A DNA stretch of 64,000 nt. It comes from a virus (Duplodnaviria; Caudoviricetes). A program made the position numbers and the translations under genes. This document shows, one piece after another, positions 37,915-48,310 of this stretch (its first letter is position 1; each line of letters starts with the position of its first letter). The DNA lies in IMG/VR virus record IMGVR_UViG_2930369814_000001, positions 22,768-86,767 of that record. One strand, 5' to 3'. The notes under the pieces were generated by a model. That model was not told the DNA's origin, did not search any database, and saw only the letters and a program-made list of their open reading frames with translations.

Positions 37915-37935
37915 CTTCTAGGTGACACCTAGAAG
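37915..37935. promoter_or_regulatory. Palindromic operator CTTCTAGGTG-A-CACCTAGAAG
   Basis: Perfect 10-bp inverted repeat between divergent genes. Confidence 0.7.
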
Positions 37936-38038
37936 GCTTGGTAAGACCGTAGAGGGCTGCCGGTGACGAGTCAAGCGCCCAACACAACGTTTCTAGCTGA
38001 GGCTTGAGGGGGCGTCGGATCGCCCGTACTCTCGCTTC

Positions 38039-38293
38039 ATGGCCGACTCTCCCGACACTCCCTTCACCCGCTACGACGAGCAGCTCCGCGCGATCAGTGA
38101 CCTGGACGAGCGTTGGGCCAAGTACCTCGAGCTGGCCGAGCACCTCGACACCGAACTGGAACTGTGGCGACGCAGGCAGCGGCAGGAGATCGCCCTCGGC
38201 TACCGGGGCGAAGGGAAGACCTGGAAGGAGATCGGCAAGGCGATGGGAGACGTTTCGTTCCAACGTGCCTTCCAGTACGGCAAGGGCGAATGA
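38039..38293 (+). CDS. Small HTH repressor
   Basis: GKTWKEIGKAMGDVSFQRAFQY. Confidence 0.75.
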   Translation: MADSPDTPFTRYDEQLRAISDLDERWAKYLELAEHLDTELELWRRRQRQEIALGYRGEGKTWKEIGKAMGDVSFQRAFQYGKGE

Positions 38294-38442
38294 CCGGGGC
38301 TTCATGGGAGCAAGTCTTCGCGTGCGGGCACGCCCGGACCATGAAGATCCCATGCAGCACCATGCAGTGACCTGAAGCCGGACCTGCAGCCGCATGCAGG
38401 ACCGGCACGAGATGGACCACAAACGCGGCCAAGGAGCCGATA

Positions 38443-39081
38443 GTGGCAGACGTCCAACAGTGGACCGGGGAGAAAGCCGCCCGGCTCCAAGACGCATTCG
38501 AGATGACCCAGGAAGAGTTCGCGGGGAAGCTCGGGGTGTCGGTTCGCAGCGTCGCCTCATGGCGCGCGAACCCGCGAATGGTGCCCCAGCCGGACACGCA
38601 GCGAATCCTGGACACGACTTACAGAATGGCAGGTGATGCGGTGCGCCGGCGGTTCATCCATTTGTCGCGGATAGCGGCCCCCCAGCCGGAGGCGCAGGCC
38701 TTGCGGGTGGCGATCGCGGTGGTCCGCCGGGGAGGTGACGTGCTGCTCGTGTGCAGGCAGGACGGTGACGACATCGCCTGGCAGTTCCCGGCCGGCATCG
38801 TCAAGCCCGGCGGCAGCGCATCGAAGGTGGCGGTGCGGGAAACGCTGGACGAAACCGGCGTCCACTGCCTGGTCCGCGAACACCTGGGCGAACGCCTTCA
38901 CCCTGTGACACGCGCACTCTGCGACTACTTCATCTGCGACTACGTGCACGGCGAGGCGGTCAATGGGGATTCCTCCGAGAACGTCGCCGTGGCCTGGGCT
39001 CCGATAGCGGAACTCGCCCGATTCATCCCGACCGACCGCATCTACCCGCCGATCCTCAACGCCTTGGAGGCGACCGTATGA
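38443..39081 (+). CDS. XRE-family HTH-Nudix fusion
   Basis: MTQEEFAGKLGVSVRSVASW plus QFPAGIVKPGG...AVRETLDETGV. Confidence 0.85.
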   Translation: MADVQQWTGEKAARLQDAFEMTQEEFAGKLGVSVRSVASWRANPRMVPQPDTQRILDTTYRMAGDAVRRRFIHLSRIAAPQPEAQALRVAIAVVRRGGDVLLVCRQDGDDIAWQFPAGIVKPGGSASKVAVRETLDETGVHCLVREHLGERLHPVTRALCDYFICDYVHGEAVNGDSSENVAVAWAPIAELARFIPTDRIYPPILNALEATV

Positions 39082-39491
39082 CGACCGAGACCACCACAGA
39101 GAAGCCCGGCATCTCCGCCGCCATCATCGTCCAGGACGGCCGGGTGCTCATGGTCCGCCGCCGAATCTCCGAGGGCGAGCTGATGTGGCAGTTCCCCGCT
39201 GGCGCCATCGAGGACGGGGAGGCCGCAGAGGAGGCGGCGGTGCGCGAGACGGCCGAGGAGACCGGCCTGGTCGTCACCGCGGCAAAGCTGCTCGGCGAGC
39301 GCGTCCACCCGAAGACAGGCCGGCTGATGTCGTACACGGCGTGCGAGCCGGTGCAGGGCGAGGCCCGGGTCGCGGACGAGGACGAGCTGGACGCGGTCGC
39401 CTGGGTCGCCCACTCGGAGATCAGCGACTACGTGCCCTACGGACTGTTCGGGCCGGTACAGGAGTACCTCGACGACGTTCTGCCGCACTGA
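39078..39491 (+). CDS. Nudix hydrolase
   Basis: WQFPAGAIEDGEAAEEAAVRETAEETGL. Confidence 0.92.
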   Translation: MTTETTTEKPGISAAIIVQDGRVLMVRRRISEGELMWQFPAGAIEDGEAAEEAAVRETAEETGLVVTAAKLLGERVHPKTGRLMSYTACEPVQGEARVADEDELDAVAWVAHSEISDYVPYGLFGPVQEYLDDVLPH

Positions 39492-39652
39492 CGTGCACAT
39501 CGGTGCACATCGTTTGACTTGATCACGAGGGCAGCGAAAGCTTCTCTCCATGAACGCGAACGGCCGGGCGGTGGCGACCGCCCGGCCAGTTCGACCAGCG
39601 AGTGGCGACTCGCTGATCATCACCCGCTCCGTATCAGAGAGAAGGTTGCAAC

Positions 39653-39946
39653 ATGAGATTAGCGCCTCACCCCGGACCGCTCAACGCGGTACCGACCCCT
39701 GACCGCATCCTCAACGCCCCGCTCCCCCAGCTGCTGGCCGAGCACAACGTGGATGTGGTGGAGATCGAGGTCGCCCCCGGGTTCACTGGTGGCACGTTCC
39801 AGCGCCGGGACGGCAGCCTGCTGTTCGTCCGCCCGGCGGGCCGGCCGGTGGCGGAGTGGGAGATCACGGCGCGCGCCTTGCTGGGCCGGGCTCTGCGGGT
39901 GGCGCTGCCGCCCCTGCCCGCCCCGTTCGAGGTGACGGAGCTATAG
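39653..39946 (+). CDS. Hypothetical protein
   Basis: 97 aa ORF; TTA at codon 3. Confidence 0.6.
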   Translation: MRLAPHPGPLNAVPTPDRILNAPLPQLLAEHNVDVVEIEVAPGFTGGTFQRRDGSLLFVRPAGRPVAEWEITARALLGRALRVALPPLPAPFEVTEL

Positions 39947-40156
39947 GCGCGCCACGCCGTGGGCCCTGGTTGGCGTAATGCGGCCGGGGCCTACGTCTGT
40001 GACGGGATTGACGCCGCGACCTGGGCGTCTGCCGGTCCTCTTGCGGGTATCAGCAGGGTGGGCTTCACTCGGTCGGATGCTGTATTCGCGGGGCGCCCGG
40101 ACGACTGTCGGTGGGTGCTGCTTGACTGGCGGTCGGCTACAAGTTGGGGGTTCGCA

Positions 40157-40381
40157 ATGACGACGGTGATCCATAAGACGCCGGAGCAGTTACGGGCGCA
40201 GCGGGACAGGCTGCTGGCCGAGGTTGGCATGTCCTTCGAGCAGTTGCGGGACCGGGCCGAGGTGTACAGCTTGTCGATGGATGAGCTGGACGTGTGGCAC
40301 ACGATCGAGGGCATCGACTACCTTCTGGCTGGTGACCGAGGAGACGTCGAAGCTCGACGAGTTAGCGGCCGGGTTCGCTGA
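40157..40381 (+). CDS. Small protein, putative antitoxin
   Basis: GMSFEQLRDRAE...IEGIDYLL; overlaps the downstream gene. Confidence 0.6.
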   Translation: MTTVIHKTPEQLRAQRDRLLAEVGMSFEQLRDRAEVYSLSMDELDVWHTIEGIDYLLAGDRGDVEARRVSGRVR

Positions 40382-41069
40382 TGATCTGACTGCTCTGACG
40401 CGGGGTGTCCTAGGACAGGACACCCCGCCTTTTGCTGCCCTGAACTCGGGCAAGCGGGTGCGGGTCTCGCCGATAACAGCGGACGAGCGGGTTCTGAGTA
40501 TCCCGATCTCGATCGGCGGTGAGATCGTCCTCAGCCTGAAGGCGCTGTACTACTGCTGTTGGGATGGCAGCAGTACCTTCCTGGCCACGGATCAGGCGGA
40601 CTTTCATCTGCACTACAAAGGCGTCACCGACCCCTTGATCCGTTTCGAGTACGTTCGGGACAGCAGGGAGCCTCCGGGTGCCCATATCCAAGTGCATGCG
40701 CACCGGGACGAGATGGCGTACCTGCTCCGGTTGGCGGATGCGGGCCGACCGAAACAGGGCTTCAAGCGGCGGAAGCTCCCGCGACTGTCGGAGATGCATC
40801 TGCCGGTGGGCGGGCATCGGATGCGGCCGGCGCTCGAGGATGTCCTGTTGTTCATGAAGCGGGAGTTCGCGATCGATACGGTGCCAACGTGGCGTTCGGT
40901 GATCTCGGAGCGGTTGAAGGTCTGGCGTGAGATCCAGTTGATGTCGGCGGTTCGTGATGCTCCGGAGGCTGCGGCGGAGACGCTGCGGGCGATGGGGTAC
41001 ACGGTGCAGTCGCCGACAGTGGCGCGTCCTCGGGTCTCCCAGGACGACGTGAAGCTGTACTGGCCGTAG
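40332..41069 (+). CDS. Putative toxin/defence protein
   Basis: PLIRFEY...PGAHIQVHAH...MHLPVGGHRMRPALEDVL; function inferred. Confidence 0.55.
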   Translation: MTEETSKLDELAAGFADDLTALTRGVLGQDTPPFAALNSGKRVRVSPITADERVLSIPISIGGEIVLSLKALYYCCWDGSSTFLATDQADFHLHYKGVTDPLIRFEYVRDSREPPGAHIQVHAHRDEMAYLLRLADAGRPKQGFKRRKLPRLSEMHLPVGGHRMRPALEDVLLFMKREFAIDTVPTWRSVISERLKVWREIQLMSAVRDAPEAAAETLRAMGYTVQSPTVARPRVSQDDVKLYWP

Positions 41070-41222
41070 CCGCGGTACCACGCGAGGGCTCCACCCGTGC
41101 CGGGTGGGGCCCTTGTTGCTGCCGTTCTGTGGCCCCGCCCACACTGCCCGCATCCTGCTTGCCGTACTGCCCGGTGCCCCAGGAGCCTGCTGCCCCCACT
41201 ACGCCACATCCCGGGGGTCGCC

Positions 41223-41546
41223 GTGATCGCCTGCCCGTCGCCGAAGTGCCTGTCCCCGAACGTCGCCGATCTCCCGCACTACTGGCAGTCGCTACCCGCG
41301 GAGTCGCCACTGAAGGCGAAGTATGCGCCGCCGGCCCGGCCGAAGGTCTCGTACTGGGCGGCCCTGCTGGCGGTCGCCGTCGGGATCCTGGTCCTGACGG
41401 AGGGCGGCATCCTGCTCGGGCTGCTGATCGCAGCTGGCGGGGCGGGCTGGGGTGCGGTCGTGTACAAGGCTGTGCAGCTGGCGGAGGCGCAGCGGGCCGC
41501 GTGGGAGTCGTCGCACGTCTGCCTCGCCTGCACCGGCCGGTTCTGA
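41223..41546 (+). CDS. Two-TM membrane protein with terminal Cys pairs
   Basis: CPSPKC...TM-TM...CLAC. Confidence 0.65.
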   Translation: MIACPSPKCLSPNVADLPHYWQSLPAESPLKAKYAPPARPKVSYWAALLAVAVGILVLTEGGILLGLLIAAGGAGWGAVVYKAVQLAEAQRAAWESSHVCLACTGRF

Positions 41547-41591
41547 CCGCCTACCGGTTTTCACGCTGCGTAAGCAGTCGTCCGGTGATCT

Positions 41592-41630
41592 TGCAGAGAT
41601 AGTTACGCCCAAGATGTAACTATCTCTGCA
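41592..41630. repeat. Perfect 15-bp inverted repeat with 9-bp spacer
   Basis: TGCAGAGATAGTTAC-GCCCAAGAT-GTAACTATCTCTGCA. Confidence 0.9.
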
Positions 41631-41954
41631 CCAGCACCGTCGGCGACTACTCAGCGCGACGAAAGCCCCGCCGCCTCCAGAACGGAGGGGTGGGGCTTCG
41701 TGGCACCCCGCCTAGGGGGCGCGCCGGAACGCGCGGACGATGTCGGCTATGGCCCGCAGGCAGGCAGCAAGTCCATCCCGATCAGGCGCCTTGATCGTCG
41801 CAAGGCCGAGCCACAGAACGACCACGACGAGGACGGCCAGTGGGCCGGTTGCCAACAGCCACGCGCAGGTGATGACGGTTGGCGACGCGTTGACAATGTC
41901 GATCAAAGGGGTCTCCCTGGTTGTGCCCGTTGCAGCGGGTGTTGATGGATACAG

Positions 41955-41990
41955 AAGGCCCCCGCCGGCCGTCTGGCTGGCGGGGGCCTT
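41955..41990. terminator. Terminator hairpin at the end of the early operon
   Basis: AAGGCCCCCGCC...GGCGGGGGCCTT. Confidence 0.65.
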
Positions 41991-42058
41991 GGCTGCTTAG
42001 GGGCTAGCGAGTTGATCGCTTTGGTGGATTGTCGGGTGCGGGGTCCCACGGGAGCGGC

Positions 42059-42550
42059 TCACGGCTGCTCCTCGGGCTGGTGCTGGTCGGCGTGGAGGTG
42101 GGCGAGGGGGAAGCGTCCGCCGCAGCTGCACGGCGGGCCGGAGGCGGCGAGTTGCCGCCCGCACTGCGCGCCCTTCAACCATTCCCGCACGTCGGCGGGC
42201 CCGTCGAGTTCGGGCTGGAGTTCAGCGAGGACGGCTCGGGCGACCTTCCGGCGGGCGGTCAGTGGCAGCCACTCCCCCGTTTCCCGCAGGGCAGGCTGGA
42301 CGGCGTTGAAGGCGCGCGCCTCAAGCTGGGTCCACGGCTGGACGGTCGGCTCCGCGGCGACCCGAGTGGCTTCGGCGACGATCCTCTCGTTCGTCGTGGT
42401 CCGCTCGTGGCCGGGGCAGATCCACGGGTACGCCAGCATGTCGAAGCCCTGCTGAGCGCACAGGGCGCAGTCCTCCGCGTTGCCGGTGCAGCACCACGGC
42501 CCGTCGTCGGGGGCGGTATCCAGGTCTTCCAGCGTGGGGCGGTCGGTCAT
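42059..42550 (-). CDS. Hypothetical Cys-rich protein
   Basis: WCCTGNAEDCALC...WICPGH. Confidence 0.55.
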   Translation of the reverse strand: MTDRPTLEDLDTAPDDGPWCCTGNAEDCALCAQQGFDMLAYPWICPGHERTTTNERIVAEATRVAAEPTVQPWTQLEARAFNAVQPALRETGEWLPLTARRKVARAVLAELQPELDGPADVREWLKGAQCGRQLAASGPPCSCGGRFPLAHLHADQHQPEEQP

Positions 42551-42888
42551 GCGGCTTCCTTCCTCTGCTGTCGCCGCTCTGCCCGGTAGGCGCGTTCGCC
42601 TTCGGGGCAGCCTTGCGTGCAGGCCCACGGGTCTTCGCCGCGGCGGACGTGCGCGGTGAACCCGGCGTGGTCGCCGTGGCGTTCACGGCGAAGGATCCCG
42701 GCCAGGTGGGCCAGGTGCACGGCGTGGGCGATCGAGTTCGCATCGAACTTCCGCAGGACGCGTGCGCCGGTCGCACGGACGCTCAGTTCCGCGACTCCCC
42801 AGTCGCTCGCCAGTTGCCGGTAGGTCTCGCCGTTGGCGACTCGCCGCAGGAGTTCGAGCTGCCTCGGGCTGAGGGACGGCGCGTTCAC
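42547..42888 (-). CDS. LuxR-type HTH regulator
   Basis: LSPRQLELLRRVANGETYRQLA...AHAVHLA. Confidence 0.8.
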   Translation of the reverse strand: MNAPSLSPRQLELLRRVANGETYRQLASDWGVAELSVRATGARVLRKFDANSIAHAVHLAHLAGILRRERHGDHAGFTAHVRRGEDPWACTQGCPEGERAYRAERRQQRKEAA

Positions 42889-45800
42889 GACTGCCTCCGT
42901 CCTGCGATCCGCCCGCCGATCCCGGCCTTCAGTTGCCCGCCGGGTGTGAGGTGGCCGTCGGCGGTGGCGAGCATGATGAGCGCGCGTTCGAGGACGGCGG
43001 CCGGGTTTTGGCTGGGGTAGCAGCGGCGGAGGATCTGCCACACCCGCGCTGACGGCTGCACGGGCGGCAACGAGCGGCCGGTCACGACGCGGCCTGCTTC
43101 CTCGCGGCGGCTTCGAAGTCGGCCCGGTTGACGGGCTCTCCGTTGATCCAGTAGCGGGTTGCGGTGATCCGGCGGGCCTGCCAGGTGAACCAGGCCACGG
43201 ATCCGAGTGTGGCGGCGAGTGAGAGGCAGGCGAGAGCGGCGGGCCAGGTATTCACAGCTGGCCTCCCTTGCTCATGGTGTGGTCGGTCATGGTGCTGGCC
43301 TTTCTCGGGCCGCCGCCCCGAGGGTGGGCCGGCGGCGGGTGGGGGCTGGTTCAGGCGGTGCCGATGTAGCGGTAGCCGGTGCTGGTGGGGCGGAAGCGGT
43401 CGAGACGGATCCGGGACTGGCGCTTGCCGTCGTGGACGGTGGCGTGGGTTGCGTCGACAGCGGTGATGCGGACTTGGCGTCCGTAGCCGCGCTTGTCGTT
43501 GTCGGCCCAGATCTGACCGATGGCGGGGATGGGAGTCTCTGCGGTCACGGTGCGGTCCTTTCGGTGAGGTGGTCGGTGGCGAGCGGTATGTCGGTGATGG
43601 TGTGGAGCTGTACGGCGGTGAGGCCTTGGCCGCGGAGGTCGCGGAGCTGGGGATCGTCGGGGGTGGTGTCGTCGAGTTCCGGGTCGGTCCACAGCGGGTC
43701 GCAGAACGGGAGCGGATCGGCGGTCATCGCGGGGCCTGGAAGGTCCACCAGCCGTCGTAGCCGGGCGGTATGGCCGGATAGTTGGCCAGCATCGGCCGAA
43801 GGATCGCGAGGTGGCGCTCCTGCTGCTCGAGGGTGACGTTGCCCCAATAGGACTCGCCATCCCATCGGCCGTGGGTGTCGCCGCCGTACCGGCCGTCCTC
43901 GTGCTGCTCGAGGAAGTGGCGGCCGTCGGCCGGTTCGGGGTACTGGAGATCCCACAGGTCGCCGATGCAGGCGACGGTGACGCCGCGTCGACGACGGAAC
44001 CAGACGGCATCGATGCGCCCGCCGAAGTAGTAGTCGTTGCTGCCTTGCGGGGTTTCGGTTCGGCTACCGCGGAGGCTGGTGAGGTCGACGGCGTAGGGCT
44101 TGCGGCTGATGAGGAATCGGGTTTCGCGGATCACGGTCTGCTCCTGGTGATCGAAAGGCTTCTACGGCCCCTGAGAGCCGTCGGGAGGGGTTCCGGCGAC
44201 GCGAGAGTCGCCGGAGGGGGCGCCAGGCGCTACAGCGGGCGTCCAGCGCCCTGCACGGCGGTCACACGGGCCGGACTACGGCTGCGCCCCGTCCTGCCGC
44301 GTTCCACGGTGCTCGCTACATGCCACGCCTGCGTCGGGCAGCAGGAGACGCAGCTTGGGCCAGCGCGTAAAGCGGATCCCGCACCGGCAGCAGGTGTACA
44401 CGCGCCACGACTTGGGGCGTTCCAGGTCGACGGTGATGGTGTGGCAGTTGGGGCAGCGGTGCGGTTTGTCGAAGTTCCAGCGGACGGGTCGGCTCATCGC
44501 TGCGCCCCGTCCTGCCGCGCCCCGGCGACGGGCCCGTTGGGGCACTCGGGGAGGTGGCGGCCGGGGCCGGTGCGAAGAACCGCGCACGGGCACTCGGCGG
44601 CGGGCCGAAGCTTCCGCTCCAGTTCGAGGATCCGGGCGTCGGCGTTGCGCAGCTCGTAGTGCCAGTAGTCCCGGGCGTCCTTCGCGCGGGCGGTCCGGCC
44701 CCGGGCGCTGTGCCACGCCGTGCGGTAGCGGTCGCGCTGGCTGCGCAGTTCCCGGATCTCGGCGCCCATGCCGCTGATCACCTGGGCGGCTCGATTCGCG
44801 ACCGTGTCAACGGCGGCCTCGGTCTCGGTTGCTGCCGTCTCGTCGGCCGCACGACGCAGCTCGTTCGCCACGTCGGTCAGCTCCCGGACGGCGCGCGCTT
44901 CCTCACCGAAGTCGGAGCTGGCGAACGCGTCGATGCTGCTGGCCCGCTGGTCGAGGAGCGCAATCGCTTCACGGAGGGCGGCGGCCCGGATCTCGGTGTC
45001 GCCGCGAAGCTCGAACGTGCCGGTAGCGATCGGCTTGGTGACGATGCGGCGCAGCTCGGCGAGGGCGTCTTCCTCGTCGTCCGTGAAGTCGCTGCCGTCC
45101 GTGGCGACCTCTTCGTCCGCGAGGTCGAGGGCGTAGTCCAGCATCTTCCGCTCGGTCTCGCTCAAGGGGACGCTCGTGTCGGTGTCGTGGTTGGTGGTAG
45201 CGGGCAGCACAGCGGCGAGGACGGCGTCGGCGTGCCTCCGGTAGGTCTGCCAGAACGGATGGTCCATCGGCGGAACCTCGCTCGCCAGATCGGGGTGCAT
45301 CGACTTCGCCAGCGCCTCGGCGGCATGGTCGCGGAGCGCGGCCGGGTCCACGGTCTGTGTCCGGCTGGCCTCGTAGGCGGCCAGCAGCCCCTCCGGCGAG
45401 AAGCCGAGCGCCTGGCAGTACGAGAAGTCGAGCGCGTTCAGGAGCTGCTCACGGATCGGAGACTGGGCGACGGGCGGCAGCGGGGCGGGCGGCGTCACGG
45501 TCAGACGCGGGAACAGCCAGCGCGCGGCTGCCCGGTACTCAGCGCGGCGGCCATCGGAGAGCTCCTGCCACGTCGGGTGCTCGCCGTAGACGTGGGCGTC
45601 AGCAGCACACAGCATCCGCGCCCACACCTCGATGGCGGCGGTCGGCTCGGTGGTGGTCTGGTCGGTCATTGGGTTCCTCCGGGGCAGGACGGGATAGGAA
45701 AACTCGGGGCCAAGCCCGGCGTGTCAGCAGCACGCCGGACCGCTGCTGCGGCGGGGGTTTCGACACCACCGGTCCCCTACGCGGAGGCCGGTCGGATGGT

Positions 45801-47357
45801 GAACTCGCCGTAGCCGTCGCGGTGGATGACGTCGCCAATGCGGGCCTGGCCCTCGTCGTCGGCGTCGCCGAACACCAGGACGCGGCGGTCCCCAAGCGAC
45901 GGGCCACCACCCACCCAGTCGGCGATCTCGTCGAAGTTCTCAGCAGTGAGCGTCCGCTCCTCCGGCTTGTAGTCCAAGTGCGGCATCCCGGCCATGACCA
46001 TGGCGCCGCAGTAGCCGCACCGGTACTGGCCCATCGGGGCGCCGACGAGCTGCTGCGGCTCCCACGGCCAGGGGCAGCGCTCGCCGTTCTCGTTGAGCGG
46101 CGCCGTGATCGTCAGGTCCTCGCTGAGGTCGATGTTGGTGGCGTCGGCTGGGGCGATGTCGGTCCAGGAGCGGGTGGCGTTCACGTGGTTCCTCCGGGGC
46201 AGTTGCGGGTGGGGTGGGATTGCCGCATCGATCGGGCGGCGGCATGGGCCGGGCAGTCCGGGCGGATCCGGTCCGCCAAGACGAGGCCGCACGCCGCCTT
46301 CGGGCAGGGGCAGCCGGTTTCGAGGCGGGTGCCGGTGAAGTCACGGCCGACGTGATCGCCGGCCCACGGGTGGGTGGTGGTCATCGGGGGCTCCGAGGCG
46401 GGTAGGGTCCGGGACAGACCCGGGCGCGGTTCGAGCGCGCCCGGGTCGCCGCGTTCACGGGGTGGGGGTTTCGGTCTGGAACTCGATGACAACCTCGTCG
46501 TCCCGCACGTGGAAGCGGAGGGCGTCGTCGTGCAGCGGCTGCTCACGGTCGAGTCCGTGCGCCTCCCGGTACGCCAGTTCGGCGACCGCCCAGGCTTTGC
46601 CAATCTCAGCGGCGGCGGCACCCCACGGTTCGGCGGCCGGGACGATCCACCGGTGAATCCGGCGGGTGATCTTCTCGACGGTGAAGTCAGCCACGGTGGG
46701 TCTCCGTCCGCTGGACGCCATCGAGGCGGGCGACGGTGGGGCACGGCCACTCGTAGCGGTCCGGGCGCCAGGTCGGGCCGTCGCCGTCCTCGTTGACGCA
46801 GGAGGAGCAGACGAAGCCGAGGTGCTGCCGGGCGCACAGGTCTTCGAGGTCGTCACCCGACTCGCAGTGGTCGTCGTCGTAGCCGTCGCTGTTCGGGTCG
46901 CAGCCGCAGGTCTCGGCGAGCGGCAGGATTTCCTGCCGCTGGTGGTCCTCCAGCCGGACGATCAGCTCGGGGTGGTTCCGCTCAGCCCAGAACCGGATGC
47001 GGCTGGCGAATTCGGCGGCGGTCTCGTTGGCGAACGGAGTCATCGCCAGGGCGTTGCGGGTGAACCCTTCAGCCGCCTGGACGCGGCGTTCGAGCATCTC
47101 GTAGCCGATCCGGTTGAGGGCTTCGTGCATGGTCATCGGTTCTCCTTCGGGTTGGCTGGTCACAGCGACCAGAGGCTGGGCTGCATGGGCTTCAGGTCGA
47201 GGGCGGTCTGCCCGTCGCACTGGACGACTGCGGGTTCGGCCCCCCGGGCAGGCGCCGGACGGGCCGGGGACGGGTTGAGGCGGCGGAAACACACCGGGCC
47301 CAAACCCGACGGCGACGGGCGACGCAGACGGCGGCCACACGCTGTGCAGCGGGACAT
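42885..47357 (-). other. Early small/hypothetical genes (42885-43085, 43351-43548, 43545-43727, 43724-44134, 44276-44497, 44494-45669, 45777-46184, 46455-46694, 46687-47136, 47160-47357 DUF6011-like)
   Basis: Coupled ORFs; last has C..CGRRL...SGLGPVC. Confidence 0.6.
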
Positions 47358-48310
47358 CAGGCCGCCTCGGCGAGGTCCGCGTTCCGCTGGCCGACGCCGG
47401 CAGCCGCGCGGATGACGGCGTCGGCCAGCGGAACAGGCACGGCGTTGCCGACGGCCAGGTACTGCTGGCCCTGCCGGCCGTGGAACTCAAGGTCGGACCG
47501 GAAGCCCTGCAGGGCAGCGCATTCGGCGACAGTCGGCCGCAAGTGCGGAAGCCCGCGGTCGCGCCAGGCCGGGGTGCCGACGTGGCGTCTCATGGCCTGC
47601 CGGGTGCCGTTGCCGAAGGGCTCCGCTCCCCCGGTGTAAGTGCCGCCGCCGGTGACGGACGGGGCGGGACGCCGGGTGTAGCCCCAGCCGATGACGTCGG
47701 CCATGGCCACGTGCGGCGGCTGACCGAGGGCGCCGTGAGTCGGGGCGGGCAGGAGCGCCTCACGGGCCCTGGAGGCGACGAGGACGGCCCGCTTGCGGTT
47801 CTGGCCCAGCCCGTAGTCCGCAGCGTCCAGGACGCCCGCTTGGGCGCTGTAGCCCCACCGTTGGAGGATGCCGACGTACTGCTCCCAGACGGGCAGCACG
47901 GACGGCACCTGCTCCATGCAGATCCATTCGGGCATCAGGTCGTAGTGCCAGCGCATCGGCTCGGCGGTGAGGATCGACCGCTCGTCCCGGCAGGCGGCGC
48001 CGATCACTGCACGGGTGTCCTTGCCTCGGGACAGGTCTTCGATCGCCTGATGCACCAGCGGCAGATCGAGCAGGCCGAGCTTCTTCCCGGACTTGTTGAA
48101 GCCGGGGCACGGCGGGGAGTCGATCTTGCCGGTGGTGCGGCCCTTGAACGGCCACGTCGGATAGGCGGTCACGTCGCACTGGATGGTGGCGTGCCCGGCG
48201 CCCCGGCGGGTCTGACATGCCGCCGTGTTCAGCTCAAGGCCGATGTCGGACAGGCCGAGGCCGGCGAGAGCCTCCGTCCAGCCGATACCGGCAAACCCGT
48301 GGACGATCAT
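47357..48310 (-). CDS. DNA (cytosine-5) methyltransferase
   Basis: FAG motif I, SPPC motif IV, EQV, DAADYGLGQNRKR, ECAALQGF, VGNAVP. Confidence 0.92.
   Translation of the reverse strand: MIVHGFAGIGWTEALAGLGLSDIGLELNTAACQTRRGAGHATIQCDVTAYPTWPFKGRTTGKIDSPPCPGFNKSGKKLGLLDLPLVHQAIEDLSRGKDTRAVIGAACRDERSILTAEPMRWHYDLMPEWICMEQVPSVLPVWEQYVGILQRWGYSAQAGVLDAADYGLGQNRKRAVLVASRAREALLPAPTHGALGQPPHVAMADVIGWGYTRRPAPSVTGGGTYTGGAEPFGNGTRQAMRRHVGTPAWRDRGLPHLRPTVAECAALQGFRSDLEFHGRQGQQYLAVGNAVPVPLADAVIRAAAGVGQRNADLAEAA

Noticed and set aside
45735-45776. tRNA-like sequence (GGTTTCGA); similar G-loop hairpins at about 20117, 36602 and 57711
   Set aside because: No cloverleaf can be formed, and the loops are too dissimilar to call a shared motif by eye.
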